DNA of 63,661 nucleotides, counting the filler, from Trichomonas gallinae (Eukaryota), in NCBI GenBank assembly GCA_008369845.1. It is 12 parts of 12 records of this genome, joined end to end, with 100 filler letters (N's around TTAATTAATTAA, not from the genome) between each part and the next. Parts side by side here need not be neighbours in the genome. Positions count along the whole stretch, not along the records: positions 1 to 12,819 come from MRSU01001267.1; 11 more parts are not named here. One strand, given 5' to 3'. How positions within the stretch are numbered: the first letter of the stretch is position 1; the number at the start of each line of letters is the position of its first letter. The notes below the pieces were generated by a model, which was not told where the DNA came from, did not search any database, and was given only the letters and a program-made list of their open reading frames with translations. Shown in pieces: positions 1-11,392 of this stretch. The translations under genes and the position numbers were made by a program.

Positions 1-62
1 GATGCACACAGGAGTGATTCATATATTGGTCACAAGAATGCGGCCTTAAAGCATTTCTGTGC

Positions 63-131
63 TCCAAAAAGACTTCAGTTATAGGACCGTTATGATTTTA
101 ACGTCATTTCTATCGTCATTGGTACACCTCT
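63..131. repeat. Dispersed ~69-bp repeat, copy 1 (copy 2 at 25625-25693)
   Basis: tccaaaaagacttcagttataggaccgttatgattttaacgtcatttctatcgtc... aligns without gaps to tccaaaaaggcttcatttgtaggaccgataagattttaacgtcatttctatcgtc... at 25625. Confidence 0.8.
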
Positions 132-630
132 CATTAAGGCAAAATTATTGATGTTACAACATGTGTAAACTATTTTCTATTTTTTGAATTATTCAATGAA
201 TTTTTATGGGCGTAAAAGCAATTTGTTTAGATTTAAGAATTACTACTGTATTGCATTAATAGATTTCCTTTTTCTTATCAATTTAATTGAAATTTTATTA
301 TTGTATTAAATATTATATGTTTTTGAATAATATTTCATGAGTTCAAATTTGTGAGAATTTAGTCAATGGAAATTTTTTTTTATTTTTCAATATAAATCAA
401 AGATATGCTAATTATTATTAATAATTAAGCCAAAATAATTTTGAATGTTGCAAAAGAATTCAATTTATCAGAAAGTGATCGGAGATCGAATGTTTATCAG
501 CGAGTTTTCCTACTCTACATCACATTTTTAGATCTTTAGCTGTAAACAGCGATCGGAGATTGAATGTTAATTAATCGTATTTTTCTATGATAAAAAAAAT
601 CTGTCGCAAGTTTTTTTAGGTAAGTGAAGA

Positions 631-3600
631 ATGGAATCTCGCTCTTTAAACACAGCGTCTTCATCAAGGCACACACAAGTGCCTGATATAAAGAAGAAAG
701 CTATGGCAGTAAATTCTTATTATACTAAGTTATTTCCGTTTATTTCTATTTTACAGCGCTCAAAAATTTCGTATCGGATTATGACGTACATACAGACATT
801 CTTCATTGCAATACAGCATGTCATCGTTCCAATGTTTTGCAATTTCGTTCCAAATTCGAAAATAAATTTTTACATTACCGCGATATTCATGTTTGTACCT
901 AACTCATACGGTGATACGTTTTTATATGAATCAATAGTAGTGCTGGTAACAAGCTATGCAATATATGTTTATTTAATTTTAGTTATCATAACGTATAGAG
1001 TGAGAAATACTATCTCAAAAGTTGCTTGTGGTGTTATATCAATTATTATGCATCTAGTTTGCCCAGTAATTATGTTGCCTACAGCATCAATTGCCGGTGC
1101 ATCTTTATCATTTCTTCTAGATTCGTATGAAACCACTACAAGCTTAGTATTACTTGCACTATCAGGTATTTCATGGGTGTTTCTCGTTGCTATTACATTC
1201 TTTAACACAAAATTTTCTGCATGCACAGTTTTCTTTCACGATTCAATCAGCGCTTACTTCAATGGGCAGCCTATATTGTATTCGTTAATTTTCAACTCAA
1301 TATTTATGTTCTTCACGTGGGTTTCTGATGATTTGAATGAGTATTTTTCATATTTCATTGATGCCCTTCATATTGTATTTGACATTTTTCTTCTTTACCA
1401 GATGTTTCAGTTTCCTTTCTGCTACTTGTATATCAATGCTGAGATGGGAGCAACAATGCTTGGCTGTATTTTTGTTTGCATAGGTTATTTCATCGGTGGA
1501 TCTTTTGATCCTCTCCGTCCTATATTAGGACTCGTCGGGTGGATTTTAGGATTCAACATTTTCTATTTTTCGCTGAAATTCTATGCCAAAAAGATAATGC
1601 AGGGGAGTGAATTCAAAGGTAGGAATGAAATAATTAAGCAGCTTCGTGTTTCTATTGCTTTCTATGATCAAAGCTTCCAGACAGGTCAGTTAATCGAGCG
1701 AATATGTCAAGCGACAAATGATTACACTGTCAGATTAGAAGTTGCAAGATTCACATGCATGTTTGCGGAGTTTCAGCCACAGTTCACTGCACAGCTTGCA
1801 ATGCTTAGGAATTCAACAGGTTTATCTATAGCTGATTCATTCTTATTTTATCAGTTGAAGATTGTTGAAACTGGTCGTCAACCTCTATGCGCAGTTGACG
1901 AATTGATGCCTTTGAGGGATGAAACGAAAAAAATCGAGATGGCAATAAGAGCTGCATGGAAGTTCATGCAGCATAACGATTTCGTTGCCCCAAAAGTTAT
2001 GGAACCGATTTGTAGGCAAGTAAACGCATGCGAGCATCACTGGAAAGATGCATTAGAGAAATACCCGAGGAACGCTCTTCTTGCAGAAGAATACGCGCAC
2101 TTTTTAGTTGAGTGCAAGAGCGATTTCGAAGGTGCAGCGCAGTGGCACTACAGTGCTTTACAATTACAAGATGGCAGAGCCTTCAAATATGACAATGCTT
2201 CATTAAGTTTTCTTCACATGTTTCCTGAATATGCGAACAAAATCCTCGACAGGCAACAAATTGCAATAATGGACGACTTAGACATCAAAGCTAAAGAAGA
2301 AACACTTGGCCAACTTGTTGAACATCCACATCTACGTTTAGAATTCCAGCGCGCATTATCAAGTCTTTCAACAATTGTTTTACCATTGATGATTACTTTG
2401 AGTATCATAAGATTTTTAGCTTTCTTTGTGTTATTCGCATATATAGGAGTGAACTATGTTGGAACATTTGATTCGAGCATCGATAGAATGTACTTGATCA
2501 AGAACTCCACAGATATCGGAGAATACACAGCTCTTTCAACAATTGGCTTTGCCTTGAACTTTGCCGATTATCTTGGCCGTTTACCACCTTTCCAAATGAT
2601 GGCGAAAGTTATTGGCAAAGATAGAATTGTTCACGATTTTGAAGTCATTGATCCTCTTCAAGGATATTTAACGGCCGCTCACGAATTCACTGAAGATGGA
2701 GTAGCTTCTCTGGTAAGTGTTTATAACTCAATGATTCAATGCATCATTGATGGTATTGATATAACAAACAGCGTCAAAACTATTTTTAAGAGCAATTATC
2801 CTGTGAAATTCTGCAATTCATCAAATGTAATGATTAATGGAGGCAATGAATCACTAGCCTATATTTTCTCAAATTATTTCATCAATGCGCATATAGTCTC
2901 AAGCGGAGATGGATTAGTCGATGAATTAGCAATAGATACATTCGATCTTGCGAGTTCAATTGTTGACTACATTCAGCCATTCGCTGCAAGTTTTATCAAC
3001 GAAAATGTCGAAAAAGTTGGATCTTTCAGCACTTTGACGTATTTTATTGTTTTAATTATTTATGCTGTCTTCTTTGTCGTTTCTGATGTTGCTTTGGTCA
3101 TTATTTATCAGTCAAGGATGCAGAAAACTATGAATGCTTGCAAACACTTCACAAACGAGACATTTGATTCGATCTCTTCCAATATTTTCATTGCACAAAT
3201 ATCTACAGATGCTCCTAATTACGCCGCATCAATTTCGAAGACAACAAGATCGCAGTGGAAATCAGCTTTATTGTTCTTTATCGAACTGATTTTGACTGTT
3301 GTTCTTTTCGGTGGAATTCTTGTGTTCATTTTGCAGATGAGAACAGGAGCAAATCATTTCATCAAACTTGGACAAACAATTTTGCAGTGTGCAAGAAGAA
3401 AATCGAAGATGATTGAGTCATTGTATTCAGTTGTTTGCATTAATGTTTTAGGACTTTTAACAGACGATTTCAAGATGGAATACACGAGAAGATCTAGATG
3501 GGCACTAAATAATCTTACAGATGCTCAACAGCAGTGTTCTAAAGGGTACTACGGAAATGGGCCGTACATCAATGATATCAGAAAGATACAATTTGATTCT

Positions 3601-5061
3601 CCATGCAATTTCAACATGAATAATGCCACATATCATGAGACATTAGCTTGTTTGCCACTTGATTCTGGTGTCTCTGCTTTTTATACAATGATGACAAAGC
3701 TCCAGCCTTTGGCAAATACAGATACATTTTTCACAACTCTTGAATTCGTTGATTTGTATCACTATGTCAACAGTCATCTTTACAAACAAATGGAAGACAT
3801 CGTAAATCTGCTCCTTAAACAAGCTGATTATGAAAATGAGCATGCAGATAGGTTTATTATAGCTTTAGCAATCACACAGTGCACTTTGTCTTTTGTTGTT
3901 TTATGTGTTTCCATTTACAAATTCATCTTTTTGAAGAGAGTTTACAGGACCATGATAAACTTCATTCTACGAGCAGTGCCGACAGATGCCGTAACTAATG
4001 ACGAGTTAATGATGAACCTGCTTAACAGGAGGATGTCACAGAGGAATGCAAACATGACAGATACAGCCACACTTTTAGCAAACACTTCCCATCCATTAGT
4101 TTTCACAACAAATGATGGCAACATTGTTTCAGTCAACAGTGCATTCCAGGTTGTTTTCAATTACGAAATTTCTCACATCGTTGGCCAGAACATTTCAATG
4201 ATCACTGATATAGATAAGTTCCAGAAAGTTTTTAACTACGAAGAAACAACAAAACTCTTCAGCCAAGAATGTGCGAATGAAACAAGTCTGCAAAATATCG
4301 ACCAAGAAAATGCAAAAGAAACAATCAAGTTTGACAAAATTGTATCGAAATGGCGTCGCGAAAATGGACAAGTCATCGAATGCGAAGTTTCACCTCTTGT
4401 TACTGGGAAGAAAAAGAACAAATTGTTTGCTTTTGTTATCTCAGATTTGTCCACTGTCATTGCGAAACAGAAGAAGATTAATATTCTGCAGACTGCAAAT
4501 GATACATTGCAAGCGAATCTACGGCCAGCACTTTTGGGTAACGAAAGAGAAGCAAAAGTCGGCGATGCAACTATCTGCACAATTAGACTCGTGCAGTTCA
4601 GCAACTCTCTTGCACCAGCAGCAGTGATGAAGCAGAGAAAGTCTATCCTATCTAAACTAGATGAATGCATGAAGAAATATAGCAACATACAACGATTGTT
4701 CTTTGCACAAGGAATGTTCGCTGCAATATCAAACACTGCTAATGCTACGACAGACATGTCCCACTTCATCGATGATGTCCTAGCAAGCTTTGATGATCCA
4801 ACATTCTTCGGCGAAATAACAATAGGCGTTGACACTGGTGATACAGTACAAATTGCTGAGTCTAAAAGTGATGTCAAAGAGTTGGCTGTTATCGGCAATG
4901 TGTTCAACAATGCTGCACGTTTATCAATACTAGGTGAGAGTGGCAAAGCTTGCGTCACTGAACGTGTTTATAACCAAATTGCAAGCATTGGTGCCAGATT
5001 TGTTTCCAAAGAAGATCCAATTGTTGGAAAATACTACAGTGTTGAACCTTTAGAAGTTTAA
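631..5061 (+). CDS. Multi-pass transmembrane adenylyl/guanylyl cyclase-family protein with PAS domain (degenerate catalytic domain)
   Basis: 1476-aa ORF with many hydrophobic helices, a TPR-like segment (WKDALEKYPRNALLAEEYAHFL), a PAS-like segment (PLVFTTNDGNIVSVNSAFQVVFNY...IVGQNI) and C-terminal class III cyclase-like motifs (ITIGVDTGD, AVIGNVFNNAARL, GKACVTE). The architecture is typical of the expanded trichomonad transmembrane cyclase family. Confidence 0.85.
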   Translation: MESRSLNTASSSRHTQVPDIKKKAMAVNSYYTKLFPFISILQRSKISYRIMTYIQTFFIAIQHVIVPMFCNFVPNSKINFYITAIFMFVPNSYGDTFLYESIVVLVTSYAIYVYLILVIITYRVRNTISKVACGVISIIMHLVCPVIMLPTASIAGASLSFLLDSYETTTSLVLLALSGISWVFLVAITFFNTKFSACTVFFHDSISAYFNGQPILYSLIFNSIFMFFTWVSDDLNEYFSYFIDALHIVFDIFLLYQMFQFPFCYLYINAEMGATMLGCIFVCIGYFIGGSFDPLRPILGLVGWILGFNIFYFSLKFYAKKIMQGSEFKGRNEIIKQLRVSIAFYDQSFQTGQLIERICQATNDYTVRLEVARFTCMFAEFQPQFTAQLAMLRNSTGLSIADSFLFYQLKIVETGRQPLCAVDELMPLRDETKKIEMAIRAAWKFMQHNDFVAPKVMEPICRQVNACEHHWKDALEKYPRNALLAEEYAHFLVECKSDFEGAAQWHYSALQLQDGRAFKYDNASLSFLHMFPEYANKILDRQQIAIMDDLDIKAKEETLGQLVEHPHLRLEFQRALSSLSTIVLPLMITLSIIRFLAFFVLFAYIGVNYVGTFDSSIDRMYLIKNSTDIGEYTALSTIGFALNFADYLGRLPPFQMMAKVIGKDRIVHDFEVIDPLQGYLTAAHEFTEDGVASLVSVYNSMIQCIIDGIDITNSVKTIFKSNYPVKFCNSSNVMINGGNESLAYIFSNYFINAHIVSSGDGLVDELAIDTFDLASSIVDYIQPFAASFINENVEKVGSFSTLTYFIVLIIYAVFFVVSDVALVIIYQSRMQKTMNACKHFTNETFDSISSNIFIAQISTDAPNYAASISKTTRSQWKSALLFFIELILTVVLFGGILVFILQMRTGANHFIKLGQTILQCARRKSKMIESLYSVVCINVLGLLTDDFKMEYTRRSRWALNNLTDAQQQCSKGYYGNGPYINDIRKIQFDSPCNFNMNNATYHETLACLPLDSGVSAFYTMMTKLQPLANTDTFFTTLEFVDLYHYVNSHLYKQMEDIVNLLLKQADYENEHADRFIIALAITQCTLSFVVLCVSIYKFIFLKRVYRTMINFILRAVPTDAVTNDELMMNLLNRRMSQRNANMTDTATLLANTSHPLVFTTNDGNIVSVNSAFQVVFNYEISHIVGQNISMITDIDKFQKVFNYEETTKLFSQECANETSLQNIDQENAKETIKFDKIVSKWRRENGQVIECEVSPLVTGKKKNKLFAFVISDLSTVIAKQKKINILQTANDTLQANLRPALLGNEREAKVGDATICTIRLVQFSNSLAPAAVMKQRKSILSKLDECMKKYSNIQRLFFAQGMFAAISNTANATTDMSHFIDDVLASFDDPTFFGEITIGVDTGDTVQIAESKSDVKELAVIGNVFNNAARLSILGESGKACVTERVYNQIASIGARFVSKEDPIVGKYYSVEPLEV

Positions 5062-5305
5062 TTTATTACATTGTTTGAATAAAAATATATTACTGTCTTT
5101 TATACAACATTTATTTCCTCATTAATCACATCTTCCATGTATACATTACAAATGGTGCTCTAAAACAACTAGTAGTGCTTGTTGCATCTAAAATGTTGAA
5201 TAAATTTATAGAAATTCCCAAAAATTCAACATTATCACGATAATAAATGTTAAGATCACTTATTTTATAAAAAAAACAAAGTAATATTTTAGTGGTTTTT
5301 TGAAG

Positions 5306-7000
5306 CTAAACAGCTCCATTCTGTGGTGTTGAAGATCCACCATCACTTTCAGGGACGAGAAACTCTGCTGGAGAAAGAGCATCGACGCCAAAGCCGAGCA
5401 AGTTCTCATCCTCTTTCTGTTCTGGAGGTTTCATGTCCAGCAAACTGCCTTCGCTCTGCACCTGCCCAAACGCAAGCTTGAGGATATCATTGGAGTCCTC
5501 TCTGATTGGCTGCCTTGGAGCTCCCTGAGACTCATACATAGCCTTAGACCTTGAGACTCTTGCGCGATGCTCTGGGGCAGCGGAAATGTTGTCGTTGAAG
5601 GCACCGAGCGAACATATCCATCCTATCTCCGCATTTTCGACAGAATTTCTTCGCACGAACTCAACGACAGAAGCGGCACGCATTGGAAGAACGACAAGGA
5701 ACAAGAAAGGATTGAGTACAACGGAATAAATGTTGACTAGTGCATGTTTCCATATAGGTGGGTAAGCAGCGTCAACGTTGTCGTATGTTTTCCATGAGTG
5801 AGGAGAATTGTGCTCGTCAGCCAAGTCTATATGAATGTGCTTTTTCAGCTCTTCGAACAATTCGTCGACACCGAGGCCGTACATGTTCGTTGGCGGAGTT
5901 GGAGGCCTGCAAGCAGCATATATTGACGCTAAAATTGTAATAAGCCATGCAACAGTTTTACCACCAAAAATTTCAAGACCGAGAACCTTCGGGAAATCGC
6001 TTATCAGGCCAACAAAGAAAACAACAGCAATAATGGAGCCAGAAACAAATGATACTGTTCTTAATAACGGCATAAATGGGCTTTGATTAAATTGATCTAA
6101 GTATAAGTTAGCCCATTCATAGCTTTTCATGACTCTTTTGTCAAATGAGTGTGGTAATTCGTTGAATTCACGAGCTTTGTGCCTGATTTTCGGTGAAAGA
6201 AGACGAAGTGTGATATCATCCGGAGATGCGCGAATAGATTCGATGTAATGGAATATTGTGTAGAGAATTTCGTATATAAATGCGAAAGGAGCCAAAAAAA
6301 TTAAAAAACCACCAATAATTCGAAAACGAGTCTTGAGTTTTTGCTGATTTTGTGATGCTTGGATATTCTGTACACCACAGATAAGAGGAATTCCATCAGA
6401 ATTGAAGATTGTTCCTTGAAGTGACATTTTCAAGAAATAAAAGAAAGTACTGTTCATAGGGATCTGTTCCATCTCTTTCTTCCATGGTAGTCTCCATGTG
6501 AAAACAGATTCGTCTTCTACGAGTCCTCCTAAATAATTATCTTCTCGAGTAATTTGTTGAGCGATGCTGAGAGTTGAAATTGATCTCAAAGGATCGCAAA
6601 CAATGATTTGTTCGACAACTTCGTTCCATTCTATAACTGGTAAATCTTTATCATTTAAACTTAAAGTTTTTGTATAATAGTTATGTAGAGAAATAAATAT
6701 AGGAAGCGTAGAAGCGAACTGAACAACCAAAATAACTGTGTAACCAATGAATAAAATAAACGAAATTTTGAAAAATAGATTTGCGTTCATCCAGCCTTTT
6801 GGAAATGAAATGATAACATCTTTTAATGTGGTTGCTTCTGATATTTTCGACCAATTGATACATCCAAATAATAAAATTGGGGAAAAAGCAATAACAAGCG
6901 ATGAAACTATCTTAAAAAGGCACTCAAGGCAATAGACAGTCAGGCCCCGCTGGTAATAGTAGTTATAGATGTTTTTCCACGAAAAATCTTGTTTTATCAT
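5306..7000 (-). CDS. ATG9: Autophagy protein ATG9
   Basis: Conserved Atg9 blocks: IYNYYYQRG, IAQQITREDNY, REFNELPHSFDKRVMKSYEWANLYLDQF, VSFVSGSI, EFVRRNSV...IGWICSLGAF; transmembrane helices in the expected positions. Confidence 0.92.
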   Translation of the reverse strand: MIKQDFSWKNIYNYYYQRGLTVYCLECLFKIVSSLVIAFSPILLFGCINWSKISEATTLKDVIISFPKGWMNANLFFKISFILFIGYTVILVVQFASTLPIFISLHNYYTKTLSLNDKDLPVIEWNEVVEQIIVCDPLRSISTLSIAQQITREDNYLGGLVEDESVFTWRLPWKKEMEQIPMNSTFFYFLKMSLQGTIFNSDGIPLICGVQNIQASQNQQKLKTRFRIIGGFLIFLAPFAFIYEILYTIFHYIESIRASPDDITLRLLSPKIRHKAREFNELPHSFDKRVMKSYEWANLYLDQFNQSPFMPLLRTVSFVSGSIIAVVFFVGLISDFPKVLGLEIFGGKTVAWLITILASIYAACRPPTPPTNMYGLGVDELFEELKKHIHIDLADEHNSPHSWKTYDNVDAAYPPIWKHALVNIYSVVLNPFLFLVVLPMRAASVVEFVRRNSVENAEIGWICSLGAFNDNISAAPEHRARVSRSKAMYESQGAPRQPIREDSNDILKLAFGQVQSEGSLLDMKPPEQKEDENLLGFGVDALSPAEFLVPESDGGSSTPQNGAV

Positions 7001-7018
7001 CGAAAATTTTTAAAATCT

Positions 7019-7024
7019 AACCGT
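7019..7024 (-). promoter_or_regulatory. M3-like core promoter element (ACGGTT) upstream of ATG9
   Basis: aaccgt on + (ACGGTT on -) about 19 nt upstream of the ATG at 7000; matches the trichomonad Myb-like core promoter motif RCGGTT. Confidence 0.5.
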
Positions 7025-7165
7025 TTTTATCGTCATTACTTCATTTTTTAATTTTTTTCTGCTGTCTTTGATACCATAGCAAAACATTTTAGTCTTATGC
7101 ATAAACATTTACATCATGAAGCTGTGCTAGAGAGATCTCTTGAATATAACTAATTATTTTTCGAT

Positions 7166-7480
7166 AAAATATTTCTTTGGAAATCGCTCATAAGGAAAGC
7201 AACATAGAAAATCCTCTTTCTCAAAGTATCTGCCAATCTAATTTTTCTATTTTTAAATTCGAATTAATTTTCAAAAAAATATTTCTTACTAAACTCTTCA
7301 TAAGCAAAGATACATCAAATAATCCCATTTTTCAACATAATTGCTAATTTAATTTTATTTAATTCCAATTAATTTTTAATAAATTAAATCTTTCCACACT
7401 CTTCATGAGCACAACATAATCGAAATGTCTCAGTTTTTCAAAACATCCACTAATTTTCCTTAATTTTAAATTCAAATTAA
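7166..7480. repeat. Degenerate ~105-110-bp tandem repeat, about 3 units
   Basis: aaaatatttct at 7166 and 7276; cataag/cataag/catgag at 7189, 7299 and 7404; tt(t)aa(a)ttcNaattaa recurs in each unit. Confidence 0.55.
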
Positions 7481-7932
7481 AATCTTAATCAAGACTTCCT
7501 ATTTGTAGACCTAATTTATATTAATAATTGAAAATATTAAACTAGTCTTCCTATAAGTTATATGACAGACTCTTCTATTCTATATGTTATTTCCTAAATA
7601 TATATTTTCTGTGCATCGTCTATATCTAAACATCATATTTATGATTAAAATTCATATTGGTGATAAATGAGTCATGGATATGCATGATTAATATCTAAAA
7701 CAAAAAATTAATATATAGAATCATATATAATTGTCGTTTCATTACATATTTGCAACGTATTGTACTTTGACGATCATATGATTCCTGAATCAAAATCAAT
7801 ATTTTTGAGAAATTGAAAATTAGTTATTTTTGATTTTTGACTTCAATTTATATTTGTATAGTACCAAAATATTATGTCCTGGTGGTTAAAAGGCCAAAAT
7901 TTTGAAAAAATCAAAAAAATTTTGTCTTCTTG

Positions 7933-7937
7933 TCACT
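7933..7937 (+). promoter_or_regulatory. Initiator (Inr) TCACT
   Basis: tgTCACTtttcaaaaatcATG, 11 nt before the ATG at 7949. Confidence 0.7.
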
Positions 7938-7948
7938 TTTCAAAAATC

Positions 7949-10921
7949 ATGAATCAAGAAATATTGCAATTTTTAGAGGAAACAATGAATATTACAGAAG
8001 AAAATAACGAGAGGGTAACAAATTTCCAGGCTGCTCTTGTTAGTGATTATTCAAATTTCTTTCCTCTTTGCGAATTAGCGGGAAATCATCAAAATCAATC
8101 AATTTCTCATGCAGCAATTATTTATATATCGCAAATTTTAAAATCTATTACCAACACATGGTCTGAAATCGATGAAAATACGCATGACCAAGTTTTACAA
8201 TCGATTTTACAATTATTACAATCAAATATCTCAGAAACGGCTCTACACACACTATTATCGTCAGTTATTACGCTTTATGGAGAACTCAAAGGAGAATGGC
8301 CAGAATTGATTCAATTAATTATGCAAATGATTGGATCTGATTCAATTTTAAGAGGATTAGAGATCTTAAATTCGATATTTTTAATCATCCCTGATAATGT
8401 TTATTCTGAAATTTGCGGAAATTTCCCACAATTATCATTAAATGCTTTAAATTCCGAGGATGTCAAACTAAAATATCAAGGAGCAGATTTAATCACATCT
8501 TTTATTAAGAAGCATCAAGATCAGCATCCTTCATTCCCAGAACATTGCCAATTAATCTTAAATCTCGCTGCAAATTCAAAACAATTGCAAATTGATGATT
8601 TTTCGAACTTTTGGGGCAATGTGAATATCCTTGTCTATCTTCACAGCTTTACACAAGAACAAGTAGTCGAAATTGCAAATATTGTTTTTCAATTTGCCGA
8701 TGATCCAAGTTTCAGCCAAGAAATTGTATCAGCAGCTTTAAGATCAATTATCCCTGCCCTTAATATGCTTGGAGATGAAGCAGCTGGTAAATTGCTTGAT
8801 GCATCAATTAATATTTGTGCAAAAACAATAGAATTGGACGAAGCAATCCCTAACGACCAACTCCAAGAGGTAGAGGATATCATCCACAATTTCAATCACC
8901 AAGCAATCTATCCTTTGATAAGAAATGTCGTTCAAGTTAAAATTTCTTCAAACGATCTTTCTCAGCAAATCGCCTCTTTGCTAGTTTTCTCAGTTATCCT
9001 CACAGAAGCCAAAGACTGCGCTTTCGTTGACATAGAGCCCATCCTCGATTTCATCAGGAGCGCTTTGAGCGCAGAAGACACTCCTTTGTTGCAGCAGGCA
9101 GCTTTGACTTGCGTCTCAAAGTTTGATGACACTTTTGCAGCAATGAACACTCAGAGCTCGCAGTTCCTTGAAGTTGCAATAGGACTGTGCAAATCTCCAA
9201 ACTCCGGTGTCAGGAAAATCGCTTACGAGGCAGCCCACACAATCATGAACCAGCTGGATCATGAGATTCCTGGACTTTACACAACTGTTGCATCATTGAG
9301 CGAAACACTCGATACACCGATCGAAGACGTAGACGAAGATCAAGTTGAAGAAGTCATGATACAGCGATGGTCTGACTTTTTAACACTACTGTCTCCCGCT
9401 ATAGATCTCACGGAGGATTTAGTTGATGAGCAAGTCGATGAGATCCTCGGCTTAGTTGAGAAAATCATCAACGAGCATGAAGACGATCCTTCCTTCATTG
9501 GTCCGCTTCTTGACGTCGGCGTCGCAGTGATGAAGAAAGACGAAACGCAGGCAGAGACTGTTTTGGGAATGCTCGCTCCATGCGCGGAGATGATGTTCAA
9601 GGCTGAAGACCAGCCAGATCTTGTCTTCCACGTCGATGGCTTCTTGAGGAACATAGCATTGACAATCGGCGACGGCTGCGCTGAATTCGTTCAGCCGTAT
9701 TTGGAGACTCTTTTCCAACATCTCGGAACTAAGCAGCACGAAAAGATTTTAACAGGAGCAATAGAAGCATTAGCGGCAATTTCAACATCAGTTCCATCAC
9801 TCAAGGACGCTATAAGAAATCCATTAATGGAGCATTTAGTTCCTGCATTTTCTGCTGATTCTGAGGATGGACTTGTTGTCACAACTGCCATGGAAGCTGC
9901 CCGCGCGCTGAAGAAGGAGTTCACACCAGAATTGCAGGCACTTGTCTTCGAGAAAGTCTTCGAAGTGGCAACAGAAGATTCTGATGATGCCGATAATATT
10001 GGTGACGCATTCCTTACATTGTCAAAGATAATCAAATACTCTCATGATGTCAATAGAGAAATGATGGTTGCCAAATGCACTGAACTCGCTCAAAGTTTAG
10101 CTGATGCTTCTCTTCCATTTTTGGGTGGTGTACAATTGATTGAGCATCCAAGTTTTTCTGTTGTTGCTCGCCCAGTTGAACATTTCCTCGCTGCACTTTT
10201 GAGGTTCCCGATTCCTGAAAGTGATGCTATCTGCCGATTCCTTTTGTCATGGCCAATCGAAACAGCCGCTTTTGAAGCTGATGATATCGCAGGCGCATAC
10301 ACTGAGGCGATCAAGACTGGCGCAATCAGCGAAGATGTTCGCCAAGCAATTTTCGCTTCTGTTGCACGAATGTTCGAAAATTGCTATGACCCTGGCGTTC
10401 AGCAGAATTTAGTTTTCTTCCTTATAACGATTATCAGGGCGAACCACGAAAATGCTCAGCAGGTTTTACAGTTCTTAGAGACTATAGACATATGGTACAG
10501 AAAGGGCAAGAACGATGTCTATGGATACCAAGATACATTGGCAAACATTGCCGCGCTTTATTTGGAAATCGCAAACATTCACTCAGATTTCCCTCAAGAA
10601 TTAGTTCTTCAGGCTGTCGACGAGTTCCCTCCTTCTGATGCTCTTGAAGCAGTCCCGATGTCTAAATGCATCCTAAATATTACACAAAAGTATACACAGA
10701 ACCCTGATGTGATTTTGCATGTAGCACTCGCACTCGCAAGATTTGTTGTTTGGGATGATAAAAGCTTCGAGAAAAGTAAGATGGACGATGCTTTACGTAA
10801 TCAGCTTCATTCACTCTTCAAGACTATTGTCATGCAGAACCAGAACTTGATGGGAGCGCTGCAGTCAAACTACGGAAAGCAGAGAGCGAAGTTTAGGAAA
10901 TTATGTGCTGTTTTGAATTAG
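7949..10921 (+). CDS. Importin-beta/karyopherin-like HEAT-repeat protein
   Basis: ~990-aa acidic all-helical protein with an importin N-terminal-like region (SISHAAIIYISQILK...WSEID) and GEWPELIQLI. Start moved from 7874 to the Inr-linked ATG at 7949. Confidence 0.7.
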   Translation: MNQEILQFLEETMNITEENNERVTNFQAALVSDYSNFFPLCELAGNHQNQSISHAAIIYISQILKSITNTWSEIDENTHDQVLQSILQLLQSNISETALHTLLSSVITLYGELKGEWPELIQLIMQMIGSDSILRGLEILNSIFLIIPDNVYSEICGNFPQLSLNALNSEDVKLKYQGADLITSFIKKHQDQHPSFPEHCQLILNLAANSKQLQIDDFSNFWGNVNILVYLHSFTQEQVVEIANIVFQFADDPSFSQEIVSAALRSIIPALNMLGDEAAGKLLDASINICAKTIELDEAIPNDQLQEVEDIIHNFNHQAIYPLIRNVVQVKISSNDLSQQIASLLVFSVILTEAKDCAFVDIEPILDFIRSALSAEDTPLLQQAALTCVSKFDDTFAAMNTQSSQFLEVAIGLCKSPNSGVRKIAYEAAHTIMNQLDHEIPGLYTTVASLSETLDTPIEDVDEDQVEEVMIQRWSDFLTLLSPAIDLTEDLVDEQVDEILGLVEKIINEHEDDPSFIGPLLDVGVAVMKKDETQAETVLGMLAPCAEMMFKAEDQPDLVFHVDGFLRNIALTIGDGCAEFVQPYLETLFQHLGTKQHEKILTGAIEALAAISTSVPSLKDAIRNPLMEHLVPAFSADSEDGLVVTTAMEAARALKKEFTPELQALVFEKVFEVATEDSDDADNIGDAFLTLSKIIKYSHDVNREMMVAKCTELAQSLADASLPFLGGVQLIEHPSFSVVARPVEHFLAALLRFPIPESDAICRFLLSWPIETAAFEADDIAGAYTEAIKTGAISEDVRQAIFASVARMFENCYDPGVQQNLVFFLITIIRANHENAQQVLQFLETIDIWYRKGKNDVYGYQDTLANIAALYLEIANIHSDFPQELVLQAVDEFPPSDALEAVPMSKCILNITQKYTQNPDVILHVALALARFVVWDDKSFEKSKMDDALRNQLHSLFKTIVMQNQNLMGALQSNYGKQRAKFRKLCAVLN

Positions 10922-11392
10922 ATTTTATATATATTTTCTATAGAGGTTAATAAAATATATCTTATTTTATTTCTGTATTATAAAAATTTTCACCAGAAAT
11001 ATTACTTTTTGCACTGATATTTTTGGAATAAATAATATTTTAACATTTGATATGAATTTATTTGGCAGTTCGTTTAATTTTCCTATATGATCATATTTTA
11101 TGAGTTTTTTGTTAGTTTTGTTAAATTATATAATCAAAATATGAAAGTCATTAATTTGATAATTTACACAGTTATTTTCCAATCATCAAACCAACATTAA
11201 ATGAATTTTTGGATCATTGACATTCAAAAATCAATATATCAGTTCAAAATTGTTATTTTCTAAGTTTTCAGTTGTAACATTGTCAATTTGTGTGCAATGA
11301 AACATAAATTGAGAATATTCAACCACACTATGATATATTGTTAATATTATATCAAAATTTTATACAAACAAAATAAAGTAATAATATGTGAG

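Noticed and set aside
477..568. Duplicated 18-mer gatcggagatYgaatgtt (477 and 551) upstream of the cyclase gene
   Set aside because: Real, but only two copies of a local duplication with no further support for function.
7874..7948. Upstream ORF-track extensions (also 21009, 26173, 38685, 41845, 43652, 54651, 59644)
   Set aside because: They run through Inr/M2 motifs, promoter repeats or AT-rich leader sequence; the downstream ATGs fit trichomonad promoter spacing or paralog starts better.
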